Shown piece after piece: positions 1 to 11,782 of a stretch of DNA of 34,945 nucleotides (positions are counted from its first letter, which is position 1; each line of letters begins with the position of its first letter). Source of the stretch: Craspedostauros australis (lineage: Eukaryota); NCBI GenBank assembly GCA_030167865.1, contig JALAGF010000397.1, forward strand, positions 1 to 34,945, in the 5' to 3' direction. The position numbers were made by a program, and so were the translations under genes. Below the pieces are notes generated by a model. It made no database searches and was not told the DNA's origin. It saw only the letters and a program-made list of their open reading frames with translations.

Positions 1-100
1 ATACAATTGCCAGTTCCTGTGTACAAACATCCAAATTAATGTACAGTGCGATGCGTACCAATCACTACTGTGTGATATCTGCATTCATAGAATTGGATCC

Positions 101-515
101 GTTCCTGATGGATCAAAGACTTCAAAATTCATGTCCGTACTCTCTGGAGTATGATTGGAGTAGTGAGGTTGGTTGGACCTCTCAAAACGGCCTGCCNNNN
201 NNNNNNNNNNNNNNNNNNNNNNNNNNNNNNNNNNGTACCGCACAGTATCACGAGATTCATAGATTTGGGTGCCAGCACTCCTTCCAGAAGGACCCAGATC
301 CTCGCAAGCCACCCCCATACCCATAGAAGCGCCGTTGCTATGATGGTATTGGTGGAATGGAATATGTTGAATCTTTCATATGAAGGTTGGGTCCAAACCC
401 TGCATACCGCGCAGAGTCGCCGTGCGGTATCCCGTGATTTGGCCGCGTACAATCCGCAACACCTTCTAGATGAATCCAGTCACTCACAAGCTATTTGTAT
501 ACCCATTGGAATGCC
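101..515. repeat. Degenerate ~182-bp tandem repeat, possibly a decayed repeat-protein gene on the minus strand
   Basis: 281-333 aligns without gaps to 463-515 (about 35/53 identical, counted by hand). GTATCACGAGATT (245) and GTATCCCGTGATT (427) share the same 182-nt offset. A weaker third copy lies near 101-150. Confidence 0.5.
197..234. other. Assembly gap (38 N)
   Basis: Run of N in the sequence. Confidence 0.99.
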
Positions 516-1557
516 TTCGATGCGCTGATTTTGTTAAACTGTACTATTTTTGTTCTTTGCAATGAAGATGTCGTCAGAATACAATCCACAACGCAAGAAC
601 TTGGAGCAAACAGATGGATGATGTACATATCTACAACTAAAGTAGTCACATATTCCCCTCATTGGATGGTGTACATTTGTGTGGACTATACTGGCAATAT
701 GAAGATGATGATAAACATGTATAATATGATGTGGCTTGAAGTTTTCCTGTGTGGTACAGGTAGTCTATATTTATGCACTAGCCATGGCAGTCGATGCGAA
801 ATCCCTGTGTCCGTGGGATGTCGCATGGACAATTGGACGTTTTGTGCCACTAAGTGTTGTAAAAACAGGCTGGTTGATGCAAATCGGCACTTCAAAAGGG
901 CTGGTTAATGAATTTCCTCGAACAGAAACAGAAAACGGAAAGGATGGAACAAACCCGAGCAACCCAGAAGGGGTTTGCGCCATGGTGGGGTTGCAGCGCG
1001 TCGACTTGTGATCGTGGTGAGCGTTGCGGTACTCACCGGTGGTGACGGCAAGGAGCGAAGCACAGCGAGTGGTTACCTCGGGCTCTGTGCTATTTTGGCG
1101 GCATCGCCTCTTGGTGGCATCATGGGAGGAGAGGAAAGACGACTGAGACACGCTCTTGGTGCCGAGAACAGCGGTATTGCCATCGAGATGAGCCCAAATG
1201 TGCTCGTGTGTAGTAGTATTGGTGCTCACAGAATGTTGTGGCTTCGCAGCGCGATGTCTCAAGAAATACGAATAGTCGTCGACGAGGGCACAAGGCAATA
1301 GGGCGCAGAAACCGCTGCAGACAAGAACAGGCGTATTCAAGCTCGCGGTCGGACGACGCATGGTGGAGAGACGTGCATGCCGTGACGAGATTGCTTGGTG
1401 TGTGTTCGATGTACTCTTGAGCACTAAACTTTTCTCCGGAATGCCCTGGCAGAGTAATGGCTTGCGTCTATTTGTATGTTATCTTTCTGTGTGTGGTGCT
1501 TCGTTGAGCTGTATGGTGTTGGTATTGCTGTATTGGTGTGGTTTGGCATGGTAGTCT

Positions 1558-1567
<10 letters not shown>

Positions 1568-1590
<23 letters not shown>
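1568..1590. repeat. (CT)n microsatellite
   Basis: Read directly. Confidence 0.9.
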
Positions 1591-1591
<1 letters not shown>

Positions 1592-1802
1592 TCTTCACGG
1601 TCTGTTTGGTAGTAGTCTATTGCGAATGCGTGGTGGTGTAATGGTATCATGGTATACATCTGTCATTGTACAAGTATCATTCGCGGGTTTGTTGTGGTTT
1701 CCTTTCCCTTGTTTCGTCTTGCTGTTCTTCCCCCGTCCTCTTCTGCAGCTGGCCTTGGCTTTCGAGAGCCTGTGACGATGAACTCGTGTTTCAAAAATTG
1801 GC

Positions 1803-2303
1803 TTACGCCGACCGTGCGGTTGGTTCCTTTGGCTTGTTGGACGGCGAGACGACGACGCTTCTCATCGTGCCGATCACTCCATTCATGATGCCCTTGGGGA
1901 GCTTGCCTGTCGTCTCCAGAACGTTGCGGATCTTGTCCCATCCCTGCGGTCCTGACATGGAATCTCTGCGCTTCTTCTTGATGATACCGACCTGCAGCGT
2001 GGCCTCGGCGATCTCTCCCATGCTGTACCCGGCATCGAGAAGGATGGCGGCGCGCTTGGGGACGGAAATCGCCAGCTGCTTGCCTCTGCGGCGTTCCTGG
2101 CATCTCAGGTGCTCGTACAGCTCAAGGTTGCGAGAGCAAGACGAGAGGACCTCGAATCCCATGTGGATCGGAGCTCCCGACGAGCATGATGGGTTGTCAC
2201 CGAGGATGATGTTGAATTCGACGATCTCCAGGCCACCGAAGCGTACCGTTCTGTTGTCCTTTCCCTTGTTGGCGTTGCCGGTCGTTCTCTTCATCGAAGA
2301 CAT
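1803..2303 (-). CDS. Hypothetical protein (166 aa) of the diatom-type 'VRF...LGDNPS.S.G.P..G' family; RVxF-like motif RTVRF
   Basis: ATG-to-stop ORF with C/G-ending codon bias and an A/C-rich leader (CAACACAACAAAAAGATG). Motif RTVRFGGLEIVEFNIILGDNPSCSSGAPIHMGF. The long antisense shadow ORF fits a real GC3-rich gene. Confidence 0.8.
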   Translation of the reverse strand: MSSMKRTTGNANKGKDNRTVRFGGLEIVEFNIILGDNPSCSSGAPIHMGFEVLSSCSRNLELYEHLRCQERRRGKQLAISVPKRAAILLDAGYSMGEIAEATLQVGIIKKKRRDSMSGPQGWDKIRNVLETTGKLPKGIMNGVIGTMRSVVVSPSNKPKEPTARSA

Positions 2304-5300
2304 CTTTTTGTTGTGTTGGTGTTGAATCTGGAGGGGTTCGAATTCGAGCTTGGTTTTATTTTTATGTGTATGTTTGGTGGTTGCCGTTGGTTTGCAATTT
2401 TGTGGACATGCAGTTTCGTGTGTTTGGACTGAGTTGAAGTGTGGTGATTGTTGGTTTCATGTTTGGCTTTTCGCGATGTGTGGTGGTTCAACATTGGGTT
2501 GTGTCAATGCACTGGAAGTTTGTGTGGTACTGACGCAACGTACATTTTAACGGCAGGGACGAACTTGTTTGACGTTTCGGCGGTTGATGATTCATCATGG
2601 TGCGACATGTGATGTGTGTTGTGTTGGTCTTGTGTGTTGGTGTTCACAAGTTCTTCCCTCCCTTCCTTTGTGGATGAATTGTGCCGTTACCGTGAGGTTT
2701 CTGGCGTCTTTTGTTGTCACGAAGGGTGCCGCCAGGGTGCAGAAAACTCGTGGGATGCGAAGCATCCTTGTGTCAAAACTGTATGAAACGCAACATCGAC
2801 AAGAACCAAAGCGTAGTCGTCCGGCGGAACTTCGTTTGTTCGCGCGTATCGTTCTTGTTGTGCGTCACCATACAGCGCACATAGAAACTTTGGGGGAATG
2901 GGAACACATCCAGAAAGGGGCCTGTGTGAACGAAAAACATGTTCGCTCGGGACTCGATGAGTCCTTGTCTCTGATCGGCACTCTCGACACTGGTGGATGC
3001 AACAATTAAGCGAACTGAACACGGACAATACCGGAGGCACTTTTGATCTTGTGCTTTGGAACGTTAGGTGCATGTTTGGAAGCAGTCAATACGCGCAAGA
3101 GCGAATAGCAAGCAGGAGAAGCATGTTTATCGAATTAAGCTGTTCCAATTGAATACCGTTTGAACGAGACACACCAAGAGTATCATGACCACTCAGTCAG
3201 AATGGGTTTAAGTGGGAAAGGAGAAGTGAAGTTCTATGAAACGCCGTTGGGTTGCGCTTTGATTTATTACAAACAGACAAGCCGGAACGACTGACAGACA
3301 AGTATCAAACAGACATCCACTATCCACAGACGAAATTCACACAGACAGTCATATTTTCATACATACACAACAATAGACAGACAGACGTATCGGTTATATG
3401 CCGTTTGATAGAACAGACATGCTGAACAACAACCAAAAACAGCCACACAATGGCAGTTTCCACACCATCACAAACCAGCCATGGACACAAACGTGGACAT
3501 TGATGTGGTTGGACAGTGTACCACAGATCGTACGTTTGGCGAGTCGAGTTCATCGCGGGCTGATCTGTAACAGCTGAACACGCGTGGCACATGCAATACG
3601 ACGGAGAGCAGATCACAGATAGAGCAATACCATCTGAAGGCCACCATCGGCTCTCCTCTTCTCTGATCTCGTCACACATCCAGCTTGGGCACAGCAGAGT
3701 CTTCGACCCGTCTTCTCTTGCTCAGTCTTCCTTTCGCAGCAACTCACCCGATCACTTCGATACCATTCGCTGAGTTGGGTCCAAAACAGGACGATAAAGC
3801 ACATTGCAAACGTGCGTATCACAGGACCGAACAAACATCGAGGGGAGTAGCATTCCACCCTCCGAGAATCTCGAACACTTCATACAACCAATTGCAAACC
3901 AAGGCGAGGCTATGGAAGCTAAGACAATACCAATCCACCATCCAGTGGTGAGTTGGTGTGAGCAGTCAAGTCGCAAAGTGGTGACTTGCCGGATCGTTGT
4001 GGCCTTTCCGCAGAAGGGTGGTTGGGACAACCAAGCTGAATGGGCGCAACCACAGCAAAAACAAACACGATTTTTGGTTGGTGAGGCGGTCCATCTTGTG
4101 AGTAACGAAATTGTGACCACAGACGTGTCCGGTGATGGGGTTTGGAGACGTGCCCAGTCCGGGATGATCAGACGTGATCCACAATAGCCAGGTCGGCGCA
4201 GGCGAACGCAGTGTGATTTGCTGATGGGACACTTGACGACATGTCCCCGCAGTCACACACACACACGTGTACACACGTCTCACCAGATTTGATCGTAATC
4301 ACAGAGGCCAACAAGTCCTCACAATTTTCGCAACCGCCGCGGCCAATGGTGTTGCTGGTTTGTGGCTTCATCGCTTTCAATGACAGCTGGCACACAACCA
4401 GGGACATTGGTTTGACGCAAAACGGCGCCAGAGCAACCCACTGCTCTTCTCCATTATTGTTCTGTAGTACCTCTTGTGTCATCAAAGAAATTGACACGAT
4501 GGCAACAACGGGAGCAGCAGCAACGACAGCAACGGTGGAGCCGCAGAGCCAACAACGCGAGACAAGACGAGCTGACGTGAAGTTCGAACAGACAGCTCTC
4601 TCTAGGTTGTCCTTCTCTCAACTACTCATTCTTTTCTGGAGCTCGTCGTCCACTCCATTGTAGATTGGTCGTGGAAGATGATGAGACATTGAAGGATGTG
4701 CTGACCGTCTCATGAGAAACAGCAGAGGATAAAACAACCACCCTGTTATGTTTGACACAGCGGATGCACGAGCAACTTTTGCTCCGAGAGACAGGCCAAA
4801 TCCATTCCGCTGGAGGCGATTTCTGATGATGGTCATGCCAAAAATGGCCAACTACGGAAACGGTTTTGGCAATTAACCGTATTCAGAAGCACCAATCCAC
4901 GCAACTTGCATCGGGATCTATGGAGACCTGAATCTTCGCTGGTTGAACGACATTGCTCCCTTGTTCTCAACAATTGATACGACGTTGCGCAACTTTGGCA
5001 CCGGAACTGCCATCCGCTGAGCGGCCTGAGAACGATGATGGAATCTAGTATTCTAGATGATTGTGTGAGGCGCGGCTGTCGCCCCTCATCTTCGCGCGTC
5101 GCAGCCTTCTCCACACGGCCATGTTTGGGGCAGAAGCGACGAATCTTGATGACCTCGTGCGATAGATATTCATTGCTGATACAGTATCTGACACCACGAG
5201 TACAGGCCACACGGACAACGAGCAGTGTGCTGTTACTTCTCGCAAAAGATGATGACCACTTTGCTGGCGTATAGAGTAGATCTTCTACCTACTACTGCTC

Positions 5301-6703
5301 GTGCTCTACTCGCGAGCATCAGGCAACATCACATTGGATGCAAGTGAGGTCACGGTGGGATAGCACAGCAAAGTTCAACTTGGGCACCTATGGCACGCAT
5401 ACATGTACAAGCTGCGAGTCCAGTGTTTTACTTTGCTCTCCTAGGATCCACTCAACTCTGCTCTACTCTCGCTGTGATCTTGTTCTCCTCTTCCGCACGC
5501 TTCAAATACTCACGACAAGCAAGCAAGCAACCAAGAAAGATGAGACAAATGCCGACACTGAGGGGAGCAACGGAAAGGAACGAAATTGATAGGTTTGTGG
5601 TGCTCCTTGTCGTTGAGTGCCTGAGCACGAGTAGGATGTGAGAAGCGGAACCTGGCCTGCGCTAATGCTCTGGTCTGCCCTGCTCGACTCCATTCTCGAA
5701 CTATCCTGCCAGGGCAGAGTGGACACTTTGTACCCAAGGGAAGCTGCGTTCATTATCGATACGACACAGGACATAGCCCCAGCCAGTTATTCTCACGATG
5801 ACATGCGCCCGCAACGTGTGCAGCTCGTGCAGTGTCCAACAACTATTACAGTCATCAACAAGGGGAACTGTGCGCTTTGTGGAGGCCCAGCCAACTTTTG
5901 AATTGGAATTCTGCGTTCTAATCTTGAAGATCATAAGCGGGTAGAAGTATCACGATGCCCAAGCGTGTTAAGTATGTTGTCGGTACTGAAGCATCGTCAG
6001 ATAGCCTTGTTCGCCACGACTCTACTTCTCGTTGGAGCAATATCTTGATGAAACAAGTAGCCGCCACACGTTGCACAGACAGAGCGCATCAACTGCTGTG
6101 CGCGCCAGTCTTATGTTGCAGTGCGCCAATGGTATGTATCATTGCTGGCACTAACATTTTGACACTGTTCGCAACGGAGCAGTTGCCAAACACACTTGTT
6201 TGGGTCGAACTCGCATGCGGGCTCAGTTGTGCAATGAGCATGTACAATCAAGACACATCTTCTTCGCGTTCGTCGACGTGGGTGCGAAAGGTCTTACGCG
6301 AAATGGTCATGGGAGACAGGAAGCTAAGTGGTGTAATGGGAATTGCTGGAGTGCTGCGTTTGTGCCCTTTGGTCCTTTGTTGCTTCGTTTCGCTCCACGT
6401 ATTCGCGTGTTGGTGGGTGTGGTCGCTGCGACAGACCAACGAAACCTTTTCGTGATGTACGAGGCGAAAGCCACCCGCTCCCCTTGATTTGGCGCGGTGC
6501 TGTGCGCGTGTGTGGGCGTGAATTTCTGTGCGAGTAAGTGTGCTAGTTGGAGCGAGAGTTGGAGCGACAGTTGGGGCTTGTGCTGTGCGCTTCATTACTT
6601 CACTCTTCTTTCATAATTTTCCACTTCACATCATCATCATCAAGAACATCGCAACTGCACAACTACACCACCGCAATACACCCAAAAGAACACACATCTT
6701 ACC

Positions 6704-7033
6704 ATGATCGGACGAGTGATTGACGTTTCCAACAAGGACTTCGAGGAGGAGGTGAGCGAGATCTTCGGAGCGCCAGATGAAGAGCCATGCCTCCACTACG
6801 GAAGACGCCGGCAGTCGGCGCCACTGTCACGCTCCAACTCCCAGGACCGCGACAGCATCCCATCATGTCCTCGTCGTGGCTCCATGCCCCGCATCTCTTT
6901 CTTCACCAACACTGACAGCACCAACAGCAAGGACACCCCACCCTCCATTCCCACCAGACGTAATACCGTGCGAATGAACCGCGCGGATCGCGCCGCAATC
7001 ATGGCCGCCCTGGAGGCAGCTGCTTCTTCATGA
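6704..7033 (+). CDS. Small, probably disordered hypothetical protein (109 aa) with repeated P-x-x-P-x-R/RRxS motifs
   Basis: A/C-rich leader then ACCATG; coding-like codon usage; motifs RRQS, IPSCPRRGS and PPSIPTRRNT. Confidence 0.65.
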   Translation: MIGRVIDVSNKDFEEEVSEIFGAPDEEPCLHYGRRRQSAPLSRSNSQDRDSIPSCPRRGSMPRISFFTNTDSTNSKDTPPSIPTRRNTVRMNRADRAAIMAALEAAASS

Positions 7034-8495
7034 ACACCATGCCACAAGATGAGATGACATGACCTGTGTCATCATACACACACTCAGACGCACAGACGCA
7101 TAGACGCAACATGGACGACACTACAAGCAGCCATTCTGGCTCTCCCAGTCTCTTCTACATGCCGGTCATTTTTCGTGAGACCAGCACGGGACGAAGGAAG
7201 GGACTGCATCACGCCGAACGGCCAGACTGAACATCCGCCGACCATGTCGATCCCCCTGTGCTTCCAACAACAAGGAGGAAACAATGACATGCGAGATTAC
7301 CGCGTGAGCAGTGTGGCTCACGCAAACAGGCGCGATGGAATGGCCAATTGCTTGCACGATCCTCTGTGAACGTGCAAGAAGGCAAAATACTCACTTTGCG
7401 TGATCTTCCATGCAGCAGACTCCACTTCAAGCCGACAACGCACGACTGCCGCAACGAGAACGACCAAGTCCACATGGCGAACATCTCCATGTTGGCACGA
7501 AGCAGCATTGCTCACTCAAGCCACATCGCTGCGCAGCATGCACTATCTCCCAGTTGAAGTTCGACCTCACCAGGAACGTGTTTTCCCCAAGGGCCGAAGA
7601 CCCAACGGATAACTGTTTCCGGCATGGGCCCGAATCAATCACCCTTCCTGTGACACCGAAGATTTCCCAGGCACGAATCTTCTGCAGAAAGGCAAGCGAA
7701 CGTCGCAACCCCACAAACCAGCCAAATCCAGCTGGATGCAACAAGCCGGCTGCTGATCAGTCAATAGGAAGGATACCACACTCTCCAGCGACACAAAGTA
7801 GAGCATCGCGGATGCAACAACAGTAGACACTCAAGAAATACAAATACAACTAAAACACCAGATCATACAATAGAAACGAAAAGAAACACTCATACTTACT
7901 CGCAGTGCGACGGCACCACATGACCAACAGTAGTCAACCAACCGCGCGAGCGCGAGTCGAAAGCAGCGCCATGGTGGAGCACGCTTGGCTCCATGCTGTG
8001 CTGCTCGTCGCCAACTCGCTTCTTTGGGACTCTCGCGTTGGCACGACTGACGAATCCACTGCAAACGAACCACGAAGATGTTCGCACCACGCCAGAGAGA
8101 TCGCCTTGGAACAAGCTCATGAATCGTATGAGCAATACCAGCAACCCCGCTGATGTCCGCAGCACTGGTGGGATCTCACATATACCACCCACTCTCCCCA
8201 TGCTTCTCGACTCGGCTCTCCTCGTATTCTGCCCCGCCTCTTCAAGAGGGAACGTACAGTACACACAGTACGAGCGAAGATGGAATGTGGCCGGGCAGGT
8301 CGTACTCCTGCGACCGGAGGAGAGTCGTGGAACCCGAAAAACATGCACGGAACCGCAAAGGCACTTGATTGCAAATATAACATGCCGATGTGTAGTCGTG
8401 GTCGTGGAGGCCTCATTCAGCATTCCAAGTATGGTGTCGCAACAGTGTGTTCCGCACAGAGTCCTCTCTCGAATAAAGCAGAGTGGAGCACAGTA

Positions 8496-10753
8496 CTATA
8501 TTTCTAGTACCCTGAAGTTGCCCTTCATCTCGCTCGCCTCGTCTCCGTTGGGATCGTAATCGCTGTCTTCTGCTGCTGCGGATGATGACGATGCTGTCGC
8601 CTTGATCTTCTCCTTGCGCTTGTTCGCTTTTTCTCGCACCAAGCAGCATTTCTTGTACTGCTGGCCGCTCCCGCATGGGCAGGGGCCTTTCTTCGTCACC
8701 CTCATTTTGACTCTGATCGCACTGCGATCGCCCAGCATGCCGCTGCCCAACTTCGGCCTGCCTTGCGGATTGGCACTGGTTCGACCTCTCGCGAGATCAT
8801 CCGATTGCTTGCATTCTGCGCCGCTATTTGATTGCGTTGGCACTTCGCTGCCGCCCTTCCCGTCGCTCCTTGAATGGAGTGATGTTGATGTTGCTCCCGT
8901 GCCGCTGTAATCGTCACCGGCATCGAAAGCGTCCGTATCGGAAAGGGATTCAGTTCCTGCTTCTTGATCCGTCGCTCCTCCTCCTCCTCCTTCTTGTCGC
9001 TGTGTTTGCTTCTTCATTGTGCTGTCGTCATCTCTTCGTTTACTCGATGCGTCGTTCCGCTTCACGTCCGCCTTGCTCGCCACCGTCGAGGAATGTCCAG
9101 AAGGCGTGGATCCGGACAGGCGCACGCTGTTGTAGTGATCGTTGTCATGAAAGCTCAGCAGCAGGTCCGAACCCTCGGAGTGCTTATGTCCATGATCGAT
9201 AGTGAACGCCGCCATGTTGGCGGAGAATACAGTGATCTTGCGACTGCCGGCACACCACCCAACGAGATTTCACGTACATGCGTTTGTATTCGCATGATGC
9301 GCATAACACGTGGTATAGAGCGTTATAGGAGAGCAAAGTAGAGGAAACCGGATCAAGGTCCGGATAGAATAAATCAGGGTTGTGAGGACGGGTATGCTTG
9401 ACGGGTTGATGGGATGGCTGGATGGAGAACACGATCAGAAGCCCATGACGCAGCACGAATACGAGTGGTTGCATTCAGTTGGGTTGTGACTGGGCTGCGA
9501 TTCTCGATTGAAGCTGCGGTTTAATATCCAAGTCTCCAGGAGATATTCACGATGGCTGACGCAACAATGGCACCAACCGTCACTTCCTATCCAGCACCGG
9601 CAAATTTGATGCACAGCCATATCGCGCCGATCCATACGTCGCTGGATTTGTGAATCCGGAAATGCATGTATTATGATACATGCATGCATACAATTCTCCG
9701 TGTTCTCCACATTCTCACGACGTGATGATCCGCAGTTGGCGTCTGCTCAGGCATTCCATCAGCTCTCTGCATGGCGCTCTCGCCCTTGTCGATAATACAT
9801 GCAAACGCACGTATGGGAGGCATCATGTCAAAATGTTCGTCCACTTGACTCACCCGTACACCCTGGCTGCGGCAACCAATTCGAGATTCCCACCCCACTG
9901 ACCATCCTGCCTCATGCTGTCTATGTAGCTGTCGAAGTCCGACGCATCCTCGTCTTCATCGTCGTCGTCATCCAGCACGAGGAAGAGGCGGAAGTCGTCT
10001 GGATTGTCCTCCATGAAGTCACAGACGTCGTTGCGTACTACGTCGTGCTCATTGCCATGGTCATGGTACAGCTGATCGGAGAGGGCGCGGAACAAGCAGT
10101 TGCCATCCGCGTTCATGTCGATGATCGTCATCTTTCCGTCTGGCATGCCGAAGGTGAGATCCGATACGGGGCAGTGGGTTGTAATGCAATGTTGTCATAT
10201 CGTGTGCGGACACATTGCCATGCAGCACGGAATCCACGTTGTCCATGTTATCCACGTGATGGAACAAAATGCCAGTGGTGATGTGAGGGGAGCATGTGGA
10301 GATGCAGTGATGGATGCAGTGATGGATGGTGAGGTGTGCGGCTGCTGTTGGCATCAATTTTGGTGCATGGTGCTACATGCCTGAAAGACAAACCGCGCAG
10401 TCACCAACAAAAGGCTCGCAAACGAAAATCTCCAAAAAGCTCGAACAATGCAGGATGCTCATGGCACACCACAGCGTCGCCATTGTTTCCGAAGATTAGC
10501 AATGATTGCTCGTACCATCTTCGATCTGATCACGCAGTTGCTGATCCTCTTGCGCTGCGGCGTTGGCGTAGTTCCGATGCTTGTTCGCACCGCTGCGCTG
10601 TCGACGGCGCAACCAACGCTGAGTGCCGCCGCCTTTGCCGGATCCCTCATTGTTCTTGCTGCTTCCGCCTTTGCCGTTGTTGGCATTGCCACTTCTGGAT
10701 CCCTTGCCTCCGCCAGACGATTTGCTGCTCTTCTTCTTCTTGCCCTTCGCCAT
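8496..10753 (-). CDS. OTU-domain deubiquitinase (OTUD3/plant OTU7-like) with C-terminal SEC-C motif; 3 exons: 10753-10516, 10139-9854, 9243-8496 (~423 aa)
   Basis: Catalytic loop ADGNCLFRALSDQL, WGGNLELVAAAR and His loop HDNDHYNSVR; SEC-C motif CPCGSGQQYKKCC. GT-AG introns 10515-10140 (G|GTACG...CCAG) and 9853-9244 (GG|GTGAGT...GCAG) join in frame (1272 nt). The start could be an in-frame ATG at 11071 or 11119. Confidence 0.9.
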
Positions 10754-11729
10754 CTGTGGATCCTCGCACAAGGATCGTTCCCGTGAGGCAGCAAGTCTCG
10801 GAACGGTGGAATCGGAGTGCGCGACGGCTTTCTTGTCGTGTCGTTCGTCAGTGCGCCCGTCGACGTCTTTCTTGCGGCTGCTTCTGTGCTTGCTGAGTCT
10901 GCTGTGTTTGTGCTGGCCGCTGATGCTGCTCTCTTGGCTGATGCTACTGCCACAGCTGCTCTCGTCCTCGGATTCCGCGTAGATGGGTCTGGAGATGAGG
11001 CGGATCGATCTCTTGGGGCGTCGTTTGACTCTCTCCGGACTCCTGTCTGATTCGCTGCGGCGATCACCCATCCAACCTTCTATCCATCCGCTCGTCCGAC
11101 CATGCACTGATGTCTGCATCGAATGCTGGACTTGCGATGGCTGCGAGAGACCGCAGTCGTATGTATAATATGATCGACCCCGCTTCAGTCTCTCTCACAG
11201 CTCCTTTCGATTCGTTCCTTCCGTCCGATTCTTTTCTTTGCAGGTTCGACGGCACAATGATGCTTCAGCGAAGCAAGGCGTCACAACGCATTGCAACGTG
11301 TGGCGATCGTGCTATCAACGACATCCACCAAGAGAAAAATCAACGGCTGGGCTGGTTGTGTGTGAACAACCGTGTCACATGGTCGTTTCTCGTTGTTCAT
11401 GTCGTTTGTCTCCAAGGAATGTCGCACAACCGCAAAGAACAACCAGGACGGCGCGACGACCTGGATGACTGAAGCGAGTATCCAAAAAGGTACTTGCAAA
11501 GTGCCTGACAGGCGAAACCTGGAATCTTTTCCAGTTTTCTCGTTTGGGATCTTTCCTCTTTTGCCTTCGCTTTCCACCAAGAACAGCCACGACCATGACC
11601 TTGGTGATGGTGACACCGTTCGGAAACGGAGATGTTTCTCTCTTGCTGCTACCGCTCCATCCCACAACAAGAACAAGAACGAGGCCAAGACCAATCTATA
11701 AGCCACAAGTTGCAAGTATTCTATTCTAA

Positions 11730-11765
11730 GAACCAACCAACAAACCAACAAACCAACCAACCAAC
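11730..11765 (+). repeat. AACC/AAAC-rich simple repeat in the 5' leader of the 11783 gene
   Basis: aaccaaccaacaaaccaacaaaccaaccaaccaac just upstream of the ATG. Confidence 0.75.
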
Positions 11766-11782
11766 TCAGAAGAAGCAGCAAG

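Noticed and set aside
771-1424. 217-aa minus-strand ORF and overlapping plus-strand ORFs
   Set aside because: No recognisable motif or clear codon bias; cannot be supported as a gene without expression data.
2569-6600. Many 60-170 aa ORFs on both strands
   Set aside because: They overlap each other, have the Cys/Arg/Ser-rich composition typical of random frames, and show no domain motifs or spliceable gene model that I could find.
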